DNA from: Bacteroidia bacterium
GTDB taxonomy: Bacteria; Bacteroidota; Bacteroidia; UKL13-3
NCBI GenBank assembly: GCA_044337585.1
Contig: JBIINH010000001.1
Location: forward strand, 9,087-73,086
Length of the DNA: 64,000 bases
Direction of reading: 5' to 3'
The notes under the pieces are model-generated. The model saw nothing but the letters and a program-made list of their open reading frames with translations. It made no database searches and was not told the origin of the DNA. Positions 19,957 through 28,604 of this stretch are shown piece after piece; position 1 is the first letter of the stretch, and each line of letters starts with the position of its first letter. Position numbers and translations under genes: made by a program.

Positions 19957-20673
19957 TTAGTCTTCAGTTCTGCTTAAAGCATAAATTACTAAACCAAAAC
20001 CAATTTTGTTAATGGCATCTGCAATATTGTAAACGATGTCCATAGCTTTGAGTGCTGCAGTAGTATCTGATACTAATTGCATTCCAAATAATCCACCTGG
20101 AGTTCCCAAAATGTAACCTAGTGGATAAATAGCCCATCCCACTAGAACAAACCATCCTAAAATCTTGGTTGCTTTGGCTACTTGTGCACCTGCATTTTGC
20201 GAAAGTTGCGCAACTTCTCCAAACCATACCAAATAAACAATGTAGAAATAAGCGATACCAGATAAAACTCCCCACAATACACTTCCGTCTCTGTCTAAAA
20301 CTTCACCTACATAACCAGTAACCAACATCACAAGTGATGCAAAAATAAGTTTCCATAATAACCCAATCTTAGCACCCGCTTTTTTGGTGATTAAATAAAA
20401 CTCAACACACATTAATGGCACTGTCAATATCCAATCTACATAACGGAAGAAGGTTGGAGAATCACCAGTTTCTAAATTGTAACCTCTCATGTAGTAGTAA
20501 TGTACTGCTGCGATAAAGGTAATAAGTCCAGAAACAAGGACTGAAGTGCGCCATTTTTGAGAAGTGTTGCCTAACTCAAAAAAGAAGAATACAGATGCGG
20601 CCATCATGGCCATAGTTCCGATAAAAAATGTGAATGCCACATAATTATCACTAGCGATTTTTAAGTGTTCCAT
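19957..20673 (-). CDS. microbial rhodopsin, proteorhodopsin/xanthorhodopsin-type light-driven proton pump
   Basis: Seven-TM protein. Helix C reads RYVDWILTVPLMCVEFYL, giving Asp proton acceptor, Thr, Glu proton donor (DTE motif) and Met at the position-105 tuning site. Helix G carries the Schiff-base Lys in DAINKIGFGL. Confidence 0.9.
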   Translation of the reverse strand: MEHLKIASDNYVAFTFFIGTMAMMAASVFFFFELGNTSQKWRTSVLVSGLITFIAAVHYYYMRGYNLETGDSPTFFRYVDWILTVPLMCVEFYLITKKAGAKIGLLWKLIFASLVMLVTGYVGEVLDRDGSVLWGVLSGIAYFYIVYLVWFGEVAQLSQNAGAQVAKATKILGWFVLVGWAIYPLGYILGTPGGLFGMQLVSDTTAALKAMDIVYNIADAINKIGFGLVIYALSRTED

Positions 20674-20992
20674 GTTTATTTGTTTAATTATTGTTACGAA
20701 GACTTGAACAAGATGAGTTCTTTAAAAGTTTTTATATTTTGTTTGTTTAAGACATATTATTTTTGTTTAATTAAACTTAAACAGTCTCTAAAGGCTTGTT
20801 ATTCCTGATAGTTTACTGTTTTTTATTCACAGGTTAACTTTTATTTAATCAAAAAATTTAAGTTAGTTTTAATGTGCAAAATAAAAATGATATTAGGTTT
20901 AGTTAATAATATAGGACAGACTTTAACCTCTTTTTTAAGTCTATTTATAAGGAAAAAGAAGCAGACGTGGGTTGTAAAGTAAATTTGTAACT

Positions 20993-21922
20993 TTAGCTAT
21001 TCGTCTGTGTATGTTTATCTGTATTTTTATAGGAATTGTGTATGAGCAATATTAAGTACCCAAATACAACTGCACTAATTATGAGTGCATTATTAATTAA
21101 TCCTTCCACCGAAAATGACAATTTGATCAGTATTGTAGAGATGACAAAGCCTGAATTACGAATGATGGTATGAAAACTGTCTGAATAGAAAAATGAAAAC
21201 AAAAGCAATAGCACATCAATGATGATTAGGAGAATAAAAAAGTCTTCAAAAAATACATTGTTGATGTACTTAAATGTGGTGATATCGTTCCAATTGCTTT
21301 GATTACTTATAATAATCCATTGTGCAAACGAGTATAAAGCAAGGATGATAACTATAGGTATCAATACTTTTGCAATGATATTCTTCAGTTGTATAAATGT
21401 GCCAATTCGTAGCTTTTCAACTTCGCTTTTGTTTGTGCTGCTGTTCAGTGAGAATTTCTCGAGGTTGCGGTAAAATTGTTGAATTAAGAAAAATAGAATA
21501 ATGGCCGTTGCCAAATCATAGGTAAACTGAAGGTCATTTTGAAGATTAAACCAGTTGGAAGACATTTCAATATTCCCAATGTCTTTGAAAATTCTACGGA
21601 TTACTATGAGGGTGATGATTTCGTATTGCTTACCTATGTATGTAGAGGTGGATTTTGGTAAATAATAAACCAAAAGAAAAACTTCATAAACAAGAATAAA
21701 AGAGAAAGGGGTGTAAACAGCAGATATTGGATTTTTAGTGAGTTTGGAATTAAGGTGAATGATATCTTCGCTTACCAAAAAAATTACAGATAAGTGTAAG
21801 AGAAAACTGATTATTGCAATCCAAATTGTGGTTTGCTCTAGTTTTTCCCTGAACTTGTCAGTAAGTAAATGATTGAAAATATTTAGCATTTTTATCAAAC
21901 TAATCCATTTCGGATTAATCAC
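20993..21922 (-). CDS. polytopic membrane protein of unknown function (about 8 TM)
   Basis: 309 aa, very hydrophobic, with no recognisable channel or transporter signature. It lies directly upstream of, and co-directional with, the rhodopsin gene. Confidence 0.5.
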   Translation of the reverse strand: MINPKWISLIKMLNIFNHLLTDKFREKLEQTTIWIAIISFLLHLSVIFLVSEDIIHLNSKLTKNPISAVYTPFSFILVYEVFLLVYYLPKSTSTYIGKQYEIITLIVIRRIFKDIGNIEMSSNWFNLQNDLQFTYDLATAIILFFLIQQFYRNLEKFSLNSSTNKSEVEKLRIGTFIQLKNIIAKVLIPIVIILALYSFAQWIIISNQSNWNDITTFKYINNVFFEDFFILLIIIDVLLLLFSFFYSDSFHTIIRNSGFVISTILIKLSFSVEGLINNALIISAVVFGYLILLIHNSYKNTDKHTQTNS

Positions 21923-22038
21923 AAGTAAACATAGAATACCTATTTAAGTTTACAATGATGCGTTTTTATTGCGGATTTACTTTAAACGAGGGAACGTGCC
22001 ACTGACATATTTGATAAAAATTGGATATTGAAAAGAGG

Positions 22039-22749
22039 TTACAATGTATTCAGCAGCTGTTCCATCATTTTGCCGTTCCACTTGCCATGAAACTTGTAAG
22101 GAACAAATCGGGCAAACATTTCCTCATTATACCAATTGAGTTTTCGGGTGAGTTGCACAACTTCCTTATGATGTTGATTTTTATAGGCATAATCCATCAT
22201 TTCTGCTTTAGTCTTCCATACGCTTAAGGTTGCTTGCTGTATCAAAGGCCATTCGCCCACACCAATGGATAATACTAGTCCCGTGTAATTTTCTAAGCTT
22301 TTACTCACTTTGCCCACTTTGCTCCAAAACGAAAGCAGTTTCGAGAAACGGATTGTGGCCCTTGTTAAAACCATTACAGGTTTATCTGCTACCAATTGGG
22401 CAGATTGCTCGAAAGGTTGCATTCCATCCCATTTGCCATGTACCTCAGCTGCTTGAGCATAAACCGTAAAATATTCTGTACTTTTTGATTGGTATTTTTT
22501 TAAGTAGTTTTTTGTAGTTAAAAATTGATTAGCTGCTTCTTCAGATTTCCAAACACACAACAAAACGTAAGTGCCAAAGTTGGGTATTGCACTAAATCCA
22601 TTCTTTGCTCCGGAGCCTAATAATTTATAGAAAACCAATCCATCTGCTCCCTTTATAGATTTGTGGCCGAATTGCATTTGGGTAAATGCCCACAATTTAT
22701 TTCTCAAACCCTCTAATTTAAAGAATGTACAGGTTGTAATTTGATTCAT
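22039..22749 (-). CDS. CrtA-like (spheroidene monooxygenase / carotenoid 2-hydroxylase-like) protein, tentative
   Basis: 236 aa. The N-terminal pattern (TCTFFKLEGLRNKLWAFTQMQFG...FYKLLGSG) recalls the CrtA/CrtA-OH family. Assignment is from memory of the family, not from a search. Confidence 0.4.
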   Translation of the reverse strand: MNQITTCTFFKLEGLRNKLWAFTQMQFGHKSIKGADGLVFYKLLGSGAKNGFSAIPNFGTYVLLCVWKSEEAANQFLTTKNYLKKYQSKSTEYFTVYAQAAEVHGKWDGMQPFEQSAQLVADKPVMVLTRATIRFSKLLSFWSKVGKVSKSLENYTGLVLSIGVGEWPLIQQATLSVWKTKAEMMDYAYKNQHHKEVVQLTRKLNWYNEEMFARFVPYKFHGKWNGKMMEQLLNTL

Positions 22750-22796
22750 TTATATATATAGATTTGAAATAGGAAGTTATTCTTATCAAAACAAAA

Positions 22797-23717
22797 TTAT
22801 TTTTTTTCTACCACAATGAGTTGGATACCGAATGGTAACAATTTTTCGAAAACAAATAGGGGTATTGTATATACCTTACGGAATACAAGTGGCCAAAATT
22901 CTTTTTCCATATTTCCCGACCAATTGATGCTTTTTTTCTCCATTATTCCCAACCACCATAGGGTAAAGGCGTCTAATGTTCCCAGCCGTAAGTATTTCAC
23001 AATATTCCATTTCTTTTTGTCAAACAAAACTTCAAAACTCTTTTGAGAAAATAAGGATAAGTGACGTGGACTATGCCAACCTTGCCAATATTGTTTTTGT
23101 ATTTTAGCAGTAAGGCTCTTGTAATCGGGAACTTCGATTATTAGTTTGCCCCCAGGTTCCAATAAGCCATATAGTTTTTCAATAGTTTCTATTGGTTGGT
23201 AATCATGCTCCAAATAATGCCATAGCGTAATGATATCGAATTTATTTATTGTGTCAAATGCTTCGATTGACGAATTGACTAACGTGATGTTTTCTACTTT
23301 TTTATTTTCCCATCCTGCATCCGAAAAATCAATTCCGGTACATGAAAAGTTAAGTTGTTTTTGCAAAACTTCTAAAAATGTGGGATTACCACAACCCACA
23401 TCTAAAATACGCACCTGTTTATTATTTGCGCCAACCCATCTTTTTACAAAGCGAACCCGTCTGATATCAAGTTGCTTTTGGCTTTTATCAACAAAGGAAG
23501 CGAACTTTCCCCATGCTTTCGATCCTTTATAAGGTAGATAGTTTTCGGTATAGTAAGTGGCTAAATTTTTTTCTGAAACAGGATTGGATAAAAATACCAA
23601 TTCGCATTGATTGCATTTATAAAAATGATACTGTTCATTATTTTTTTTGTGCATTAATGCACTGGTTGTAATATAAAATGAAGCACCGGCTTGATTACAA
23701 ATAGGGCAGCTAAACAT
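22797..23717 (-). CDS. class I SAM-dependent methyltransferase with N-terminal zinc ribbon
   Basis: CxxC...CxxC N-terminal zinc ribbon. SAM motif I (ILDVGCGNPTF) and a Methyltransf_13-like C-terminal region. Confidence 0.7.
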   Translation of the reverse strand: MFSCPICNQAGASFYITTSALMHKKNNEQYHFYKCNQCELVFLSNPVSEKNLATYYTENYLPYKGSKAWGKFASFVDKSQKQLDIRRVRFVKRWVGANNKQVRILDVGCGNPTFLEVLQKQLNFSCTGIDFSDAGWENKKVENITLVNSSIEAFDTINKFDIITLWHYLEHDYQPIETIEKLYGLLEPGGKLIIEVPDYKSLTAKIQKQYWQGWHSPRHLSLFSQKSFEVLFDKKKWNIVKYLRLGTLDAFTLWWLGIMEKKSINWSGNMEKEFWPLVFRKVYTIPLFVFEKLLPFGIQLIVVEKK

Positions 23718-23997
23718 AAATTATTAATTGATTACACACTAAGTTCAATAACGAAGGTATGCAAAGAATTAATGATTGGTCATTTATATTTAAGCTGCTG
23801 ACTTTTATAAATTTTGTTACTTACAATTTAATTAATAAACGTGCTTACATTAAGCGATTAATTTATAGTAATAATTAAATAGATAAAATACTCAAATTTA
23901 TATTTTACCTCTAATGGATATTGACCTATCTGTCATCTAGCTCTGTAAGTTGTTGTTCATTTCTTTTCTTCTGATATTAATGCTTCGTAATTCGAAC

Positions 23998-24606
23998 TCA
24001 TCTTCTCCACTTAATTCCACAACCAATCGCTTTTGTACTTGTAGTGGTTACAGCTTTGTTGCTAAGTAGTGCATCAACAGCTTGCTCAACGTATTTGGAT
24101 TTTACCTGTGATGGGTCTTCGTAGTTGTCGTCAATGGCCCCAATATATTGAACAGTAAGTCCTTTATCGCCTTTTTTCAATACATATACATGAGGGGTTC
24201 GGGTGGCTCCGTAGATTTTAGCCGTGCCTTGTGTTTCATCAATTAAATACGGAAATCCATATTTCATTTCTTTCGCACGTTTTTGCATGTTTTGATATGA
24301 ATCCTCTGGTTCGCGTGCAGGATCGTTGGGGTTGATAGCAATTACCGGAAATCCTTTGGCTGCATATTTTTTGTGCAAGTCTATCATGCGGTTTTCGTAT
24401 GCTTTGGCAAAAGGACAATGGTTGCAGGTGAATACAATAATAAATCCTTTGGCTGATTTGTAGTTGGCCAATGAAACCATTTTTCCATCAATATTTTTTA
24501 GTGAAAAATCAGCTGCAATATCACCAGGTTGATAACCCATAGGCGCAGGGGTTTGGAAGGCGCTTAATGCAAAAGCCAATACGGTAATCAGGATTATTTT
24601 TTTCAT
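23998..24606 (-). CDS. thioredoxin-fold thiol:disulfide oxidoreductase (secreted)
   Basis: Signal peptide and a CxxC active site (CNHC) in a thioredoxin/redoxin fold. Confidence 0.7.
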   Translation of the reverse strand: MKKIILITVLAFALSAFQTPAPMGYQPGDIAADFSLKNIDGKMVSLANYKSAKGFIIVFTCNHCPFAKAYENRMIDLHKKYAAKGFPVIAINPNDPAREPEDSYQNMQKRAKEMKYGFPYLIDETQGTAKIYGATRTPHVYVLKKGDKGLTVQYIGAIDDNYEDPSQVKSKYVEQAVDALLSNKAVTTTSTKAIGCGIKWRR

Positions 24607-24621
24607 GTTATTATGTTTTTA

Positions 24622-25194
24622 TTAATATGGATTTTTTTGTGCTTCTAATATTTTTAGCTGTATGTCGCCAATGGTAACTTCGCCTTCTTGAAACCACATG
24701 TATCCATTGTGTTTGTTAAAAACCAAGGTGGCAGGAATAGCTCCACTCCAATTTGGGTTCACTGTATTTATCCAATCATTTGGGTTTGATTCATTCATCC
24801 ATAGTACTTGTGAGCGGATGTCTTTTTCTGTAATAAAAGTAGCCAATTTGGTATCGCGAATTTTTTTGCTGTCGGTACTTATCAAGAGTACGGTTACATT
24901 TTGTCCTACAAATCCATCGCGTACCAAATTAAATATAGGAAGCTCTTCTACGCAAGGTTTACACCAGGTGGCCCAAAAATTAATTACATAGGTGCTGTCA
25001 CTCATTTGGTTAAAACGTTCTTCGAGCCATTCTTTGTTTACGTAGGTAAAAGGTACAGATGCGGCAGGCTGTGGACTCAAATTGCCACTATTTGCTGGGT
25101 TTACTGATGCTTTATCATCGGGCAATGCTACCGATTGGGCTTTGACAAAAGTGCTAAGAAACAGAAGTGGGATAAAAAATAAAAGGTATTTCAT
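24622..25194 (-). CDS. TlpA-family thiol-disulfide oxidoreductase
   Basis: Signal peptide and a WCxPC active site (WATWCKPC). Confidence 0.75.
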   Translation of the reverse strand: MKYLLFFIPLLFLSTFVKAQSVALPDDKASVNPANSGNLSPQPAASVPFTYVNKEWLEERFNQMSDSTYVINFWATWCKPCVEELPIFNLVRDGFVGQNVTVLLISTDSKKIRDTKLATFITEKDIRSQVLWMNESNPNDWINTVNPNWSGAIPATLVFNKHNGYMWFQEGEVTIGDIQLKILEAQKNPY

Positions 25195-25226
25195 TACAAT
25201 TATGCTTGGTTTTAAAGTGGGTCAAG

Positions 25227-25874
25227 TTACAATTTTATTCCAAATGACAAATCACCTGCATCGCCCAAGCCAGGAATGATGTATTTGTGTTCGTCAATAT
25301 CGTCATCAAGTGCGGCAATCCACAAGGTTGCAAAGGGTAATTTTTCCGTAAGGTAAGCCACACCTGCTTTGCTGGCTAACAAGCAAATGATGTGAAGCGA
25401 TTTAGGTTGGCCATGCGCAAGTAAACATTTGTAGGCAGTTTCAATAGATAAACCCGTAGCCAACATCGGGTCAATCAATACCACGGTGCGGTTGGTTAGA
25501 TCAGGCGTAGCCATATATTTTGAAATAATTTCAAAATGTTCTTCATCAAGTTGGTTGCGGTAGGCCGAAATAAATCCACAATCAGATTGGTCGAAAAAAG
25601 AAAGTACGCCTTGGTGCATACTCAGACCGGCTCTTAAAATAGTAAGCAAAACTGGATGCTCGCTCAGCACATTCACTTGTTTTTGTCCAAGTGGAGTCGC
25701 AACATCTTTGGCTTGATAAGTCAGCGTTTTGCTTAATTCGTAGGCCATAACTTGTCCGATACGCTCAATGTTTTTGCGAAAACGCATACGGTCTTTTTGT
25801 ATGGCTACATCTCGCAACTCCGAAACAAATTGCTGTATAATAGAGTTTTCTTTTTCTAAGTGGTAGATATTCAT
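25227..25874 (-). CDS. upp: uracil phosphoribosyltransferase
   Basis: PRPP-binding motif VVLIDPMLATG and the C-terminal IPGLGDAGD motif. Confidence 0.9.
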   Translation of the reverse strand: MNIYHLEKENSIIQQFVSELRDVAIQKDRMRFRKNIERIGQVMAYELSKTLTYQAKDVATPLGQKQVNVLSEHPVLLTILRAGLSMHQGVLSFFDQSDCGFISAYRNQLDEEHFEIISKYMATPDLTNRTVVLIDPMLATGLSIETAYKCLLAHGQPKSLHIICLLASKAGVAYLTEKLPFATLWIAALDDDIDEHKYIIPGLGDAGDLSFGIKL

Positions 25875-25952
25875 TTAGCGAAACTAATCATTTGTTTTAA
25901 ATCATGAATACCGCACATTTGCAACCTAATTTATTTTGAAACGGATTAACAC

Positions 25953-27356
25953 ATGAAAATAACTTTTCACGGAGCAGCTAGGCAGGTGACGGGGAGCATG
26001 CATTTGCTTACCCTCGACAATGGCTATAATATCTTATTGGATTGTGGGATGAACTACGAGCAAAAGCGTGAGTTGAATGCTGATGCTTTTGAATTTCCGT
26101 TTCGTGCTGCCGATATAGATGTCTTGGTCCTTTCTCACGCCCATATTGATCATTCGGGCAATATTCCAAAGTTGGTGTCTGATGGATTTAAAGGACAAAT
26201 TCTGTGTACACCACCTACGTTTGATTTGGTAAAATACCTGTTGTTTGACAGTGCCAATATTCAGCTAAATGAGTATAAGCAACGTTTGAATAGGGCTGGT
26301 AAAAATAGGCGACAGTTTATTGCTCCACCCATATACAGCGACCGCGAAGTAGAGATAGCACTTGACAAATTTGTGACACTGAATTTCGGTAAGCCATTTC
26401 AGCTATCACCAACAGTAAGTATTGAGTTGATAGAGGCAGGTCATTTACTTGGCGCAGCCAGTGTGGTTATTCAATACGATGAGAATGACACCACAAGAAG
26501 GATTGGTTTTAGTGGAGATATTGGCCGAAGCCATGCTGAACTTATTCGTACTCCGGTGGTCATGAAAAACCTAGACTACCTTATTACAGAAACCACATAC
26601 GGGGGGCGAAAACACAAGTCGGGTGTGCATGCTGAAACCGATTTGCTCAAGTATTTTGACGAAGTAGAGCGTATGCGTGGTCGCCTCATTATCCCTGCAT
26701 TTAGTGTGGGTCGTACACAATCAATCGTGTTTGCATTGCACAAGCTTTACCGCAAGGGATTGTTGCCTCCTGTAAAAGTATTTGTAGACAGTCCGTTAGC
26801 AGTTCGCTCAACGTATATTTATGAAAAATACCCAGAGTTATTGAATGACGAAGCAAAAGCATTTATGGAACAACACGGAGCCTTGTTTGATTTTGAGCAA
26901 CTGGAATTGTTAGAAGATTACGAAGACCACGAAAAATTGATGTATTATACAGAGCCTTGTATCATCATTTCTGCTGCAGGTATGGTTGAAGGCGGTCGCA
27001 TTCAAGAGCATGTTCGCAATAATGTGCAAAACCCTTTTAGTACCATTCTCATTGCCGGCTATTGTGCCGAAGGTACTCTAGGGCATCGTTTGTTGCAAGG
27101 GCAAAAAAACCTGCGCATGAATGGCCGCGACTACCAAATATATTCGAAAATTGCGCATACAGATGTGTTTAGTTCGCACCCTGATAGCGATGAAATATTT
27201 TCGTATATCCATGCACATGTACAGCCACAACTTAAAAATATTTTTCTGGTGCATGGCGATGGCAACAACTTAGATGAAATGCAAAAAAGATTGGAAGACA
27301 ATGGTATTCATCAATCGGTGATTCCCGAAATGGGACAATCGTTTTATTTAGATTAG
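25953..27356 (+). CDS. MBL-fold beta-CASP ribonuclease (RNA-specificity domain family)
   Basis: HAHIDHSG (HxHxDH) motif and beta-CASP region. 467 aa. Confidence 0.8.
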   Translation: MKITFHGAARQVTGSMHLLTLDNGYNILLDCGMNYEQKRELNADAFEFPFRAADIDVLVLSHAHIDHSGNIPKLVSDGFKGQILCTPPTFDLVKYLLFDSANIQLNEYKQRLNRAGKNRRQFIAPPIYSDREVEIALDKFVTLNFGKPFQLSPTVSIELIEAGHLLGAASVVIQYDENDTTRRIGFSGDIGRSHAELIRTPVVMKNLDYLITETTYGGRKHKSGVHAETDLLKYFDEVERMRGRLIIPAFSVGRTQSIVFALHKLYRKGLLPPVKVFVDSPLAVRSTYIYEKYPELLNDEAKAFMEQHGALFDFEQLELLEDYEDHEKLMYYTEPCIIISAAGMVEGGRIQEHVRNNVQNPFSTILIAGYCAEGTLGHRLLQGQKNLRMNGRDYQIYSKIAHTDVFSSHPDSDEIFSYIHAHVQPQLKNIFLVHGDGNNLDEMQKRLEDNGIHQSVIPEMGQSFYLD

Positions 27357-27380
27357 AAACCTATATTTGACCCATCAAAC

Positions 27381-27452
27381 GGTCTCGTAGTACAACGGAT
27401 AGTATTTGGGTCTCCGGAACCCAAGATTCAGGTTCGATTCCTGACGAGACCG
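27381..27452 (+). tRNA. tRNA-Arg (anticodon CCG)
   Basis: Cloverleaf folded by hand: 7-bp acceptor stem (GGTCTCG/CGAGACC), D-arm, anticodon stem TGGGT/ACCCA with loop CTCCGGA (anticodon CCG), T-arm TCAGG-TTCGATTC-CCTGA, discriminator G. A T-run follows. Confidence 0.85.
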
Positions 27453-27463
27453 CTTTTTTTTCA

Positions 27464-28546
27464 TTGCCTGTATTTTTCATAGCTTTGGCATTAGGTTTGT
27501 TCGCAAAATCTGCTTTGGCACAAGACTCTGCTTCCCGTTTTCATTTCGATATGTATGCAGAAATGTACTATAACATTAGTAATCCCAAGCCCTTAAACCA
27601 AGAGTTAAATCCAGTATTTTGTTTTAATCATTCAATTACAGATGCGTTGCGCCCTAACATTATAATGGGGCGGGCAAAATATATGCATAAACGTTTGCGT
27701 GGTTCGCTTGGATTGATGGCCGGTACTTATGCCATGTACAATTTAGCTGCAGAACCCCTATGGGCGCAATATATTTATGAAGCCAATATTGGATATAAGC
27801 TAAAAAAAGATGGGACCTTTTGGCTCGAAGCAGGGGTTTTTGAGTCGTATCTTGGTTATGAAAGTGTCACTTCAATGGATAATCTTCTACTTAGCCGTTC
27901 CTTTGCTTCAGAGTTATCTCCATATTACATGTCAGGAGTGCGGTTGTTTCACACATCAAAAAACCAAAAATGGGACATGAGCTTGAATGTGAACAATGGT
28001 TGGCAACATATTGTGGAACCCCTTTCAATAAATCGATTGTCAGTTGGCATACAACTGACATGGAAAAAAAACAAACAGCTGTTATTAAACTATAGTAACT
28101 TTTATGGAGCAGCCTATATATATGGATTGGGCTACAGCGACAGTATTCGAGTTGATCGTGCATTTCATGATTTTTATGTGATTTACAATCCCACTTCGCG
28201 GCTTCAATTACGCTCGCAGCTTGACATAGGCATTGATGATTGGCAAAAATATTGGATTCAAACCAATATGATGGTAGCTTACCAACTCACCCAAATGGTT
28301 TCGGTTGCGGCACGTGCCGAATGGTTTAGAGATATTGATGAGGCATTGGTTTACATACCCAAACAAGGGGGTTCTATGATGCATGCTTTTTCGGCTAATG
28401 TAAAAGTGAAAATGTGGAAAGACAAAATGGCCTTGCGGATAGAATCGAAATTTGCAGAATCAACTAAGCAAATGTTTATCAACGAAGTAGGAAGCTATCA
28501 AACATCGCAATTTATACATGGTATCAGCCTAAGTGTAAAGCTATAA
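27464..28546 (+). CDS. putative outer-membrane beta-barrel porin
   Basis: Signal peptide (MPVFFIALALGLFAKSALAQ) and alternating amphipathic beta-strand pattern. The start codon is TTG per the track, so the start is uncertain. Confidence 0.5.
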   Translation: MPVFFIALALGLFAKSALAQDSASRFHFDMYAEMYYNISNPKPLNQELNPVFCFNHSITDALRPNIIMGRAKYMHKRLRGSLGLMAGTYAMYNLAAEPLWAQYIYEANIGYKLKKDGTFWLEAGVFESYLGYESVTSMDNLLLSRSFASELSPYYMSGVRLFHTSKNQKWDMSLNVNNGWQHIVEPLSINRLSVGIQLTWKKNKQLLLNYSNFYGAAYIYGLGYSDSIRVDRAFHDFYVIYNPTSRLQLRSQLDIGIDDWQKYWIQTNMMVAYQLTQMVSVAARAEWFRDIDEALVYIPKQGGSMMHAFSANVKVKMWKDKMALRIESKFAESTKQMFINEVGSYQTSQFIHGISLSVKL

Positions 28547-28604
28547 ATAAGCATTGCCGGTTATGCAATAGAAATGCTACATTCGCACGTAATTTTTAGG
28601 TTTC

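Noticed and set aside
19957-20673. Rhodopsin as a sodium- or chloride-pumping (NDQ/NTQ) type
   Set aside because: Helix C carries D…T…E at the motif positions (RYVDWILTVPLMCVE), which is the proton-pump configuration.
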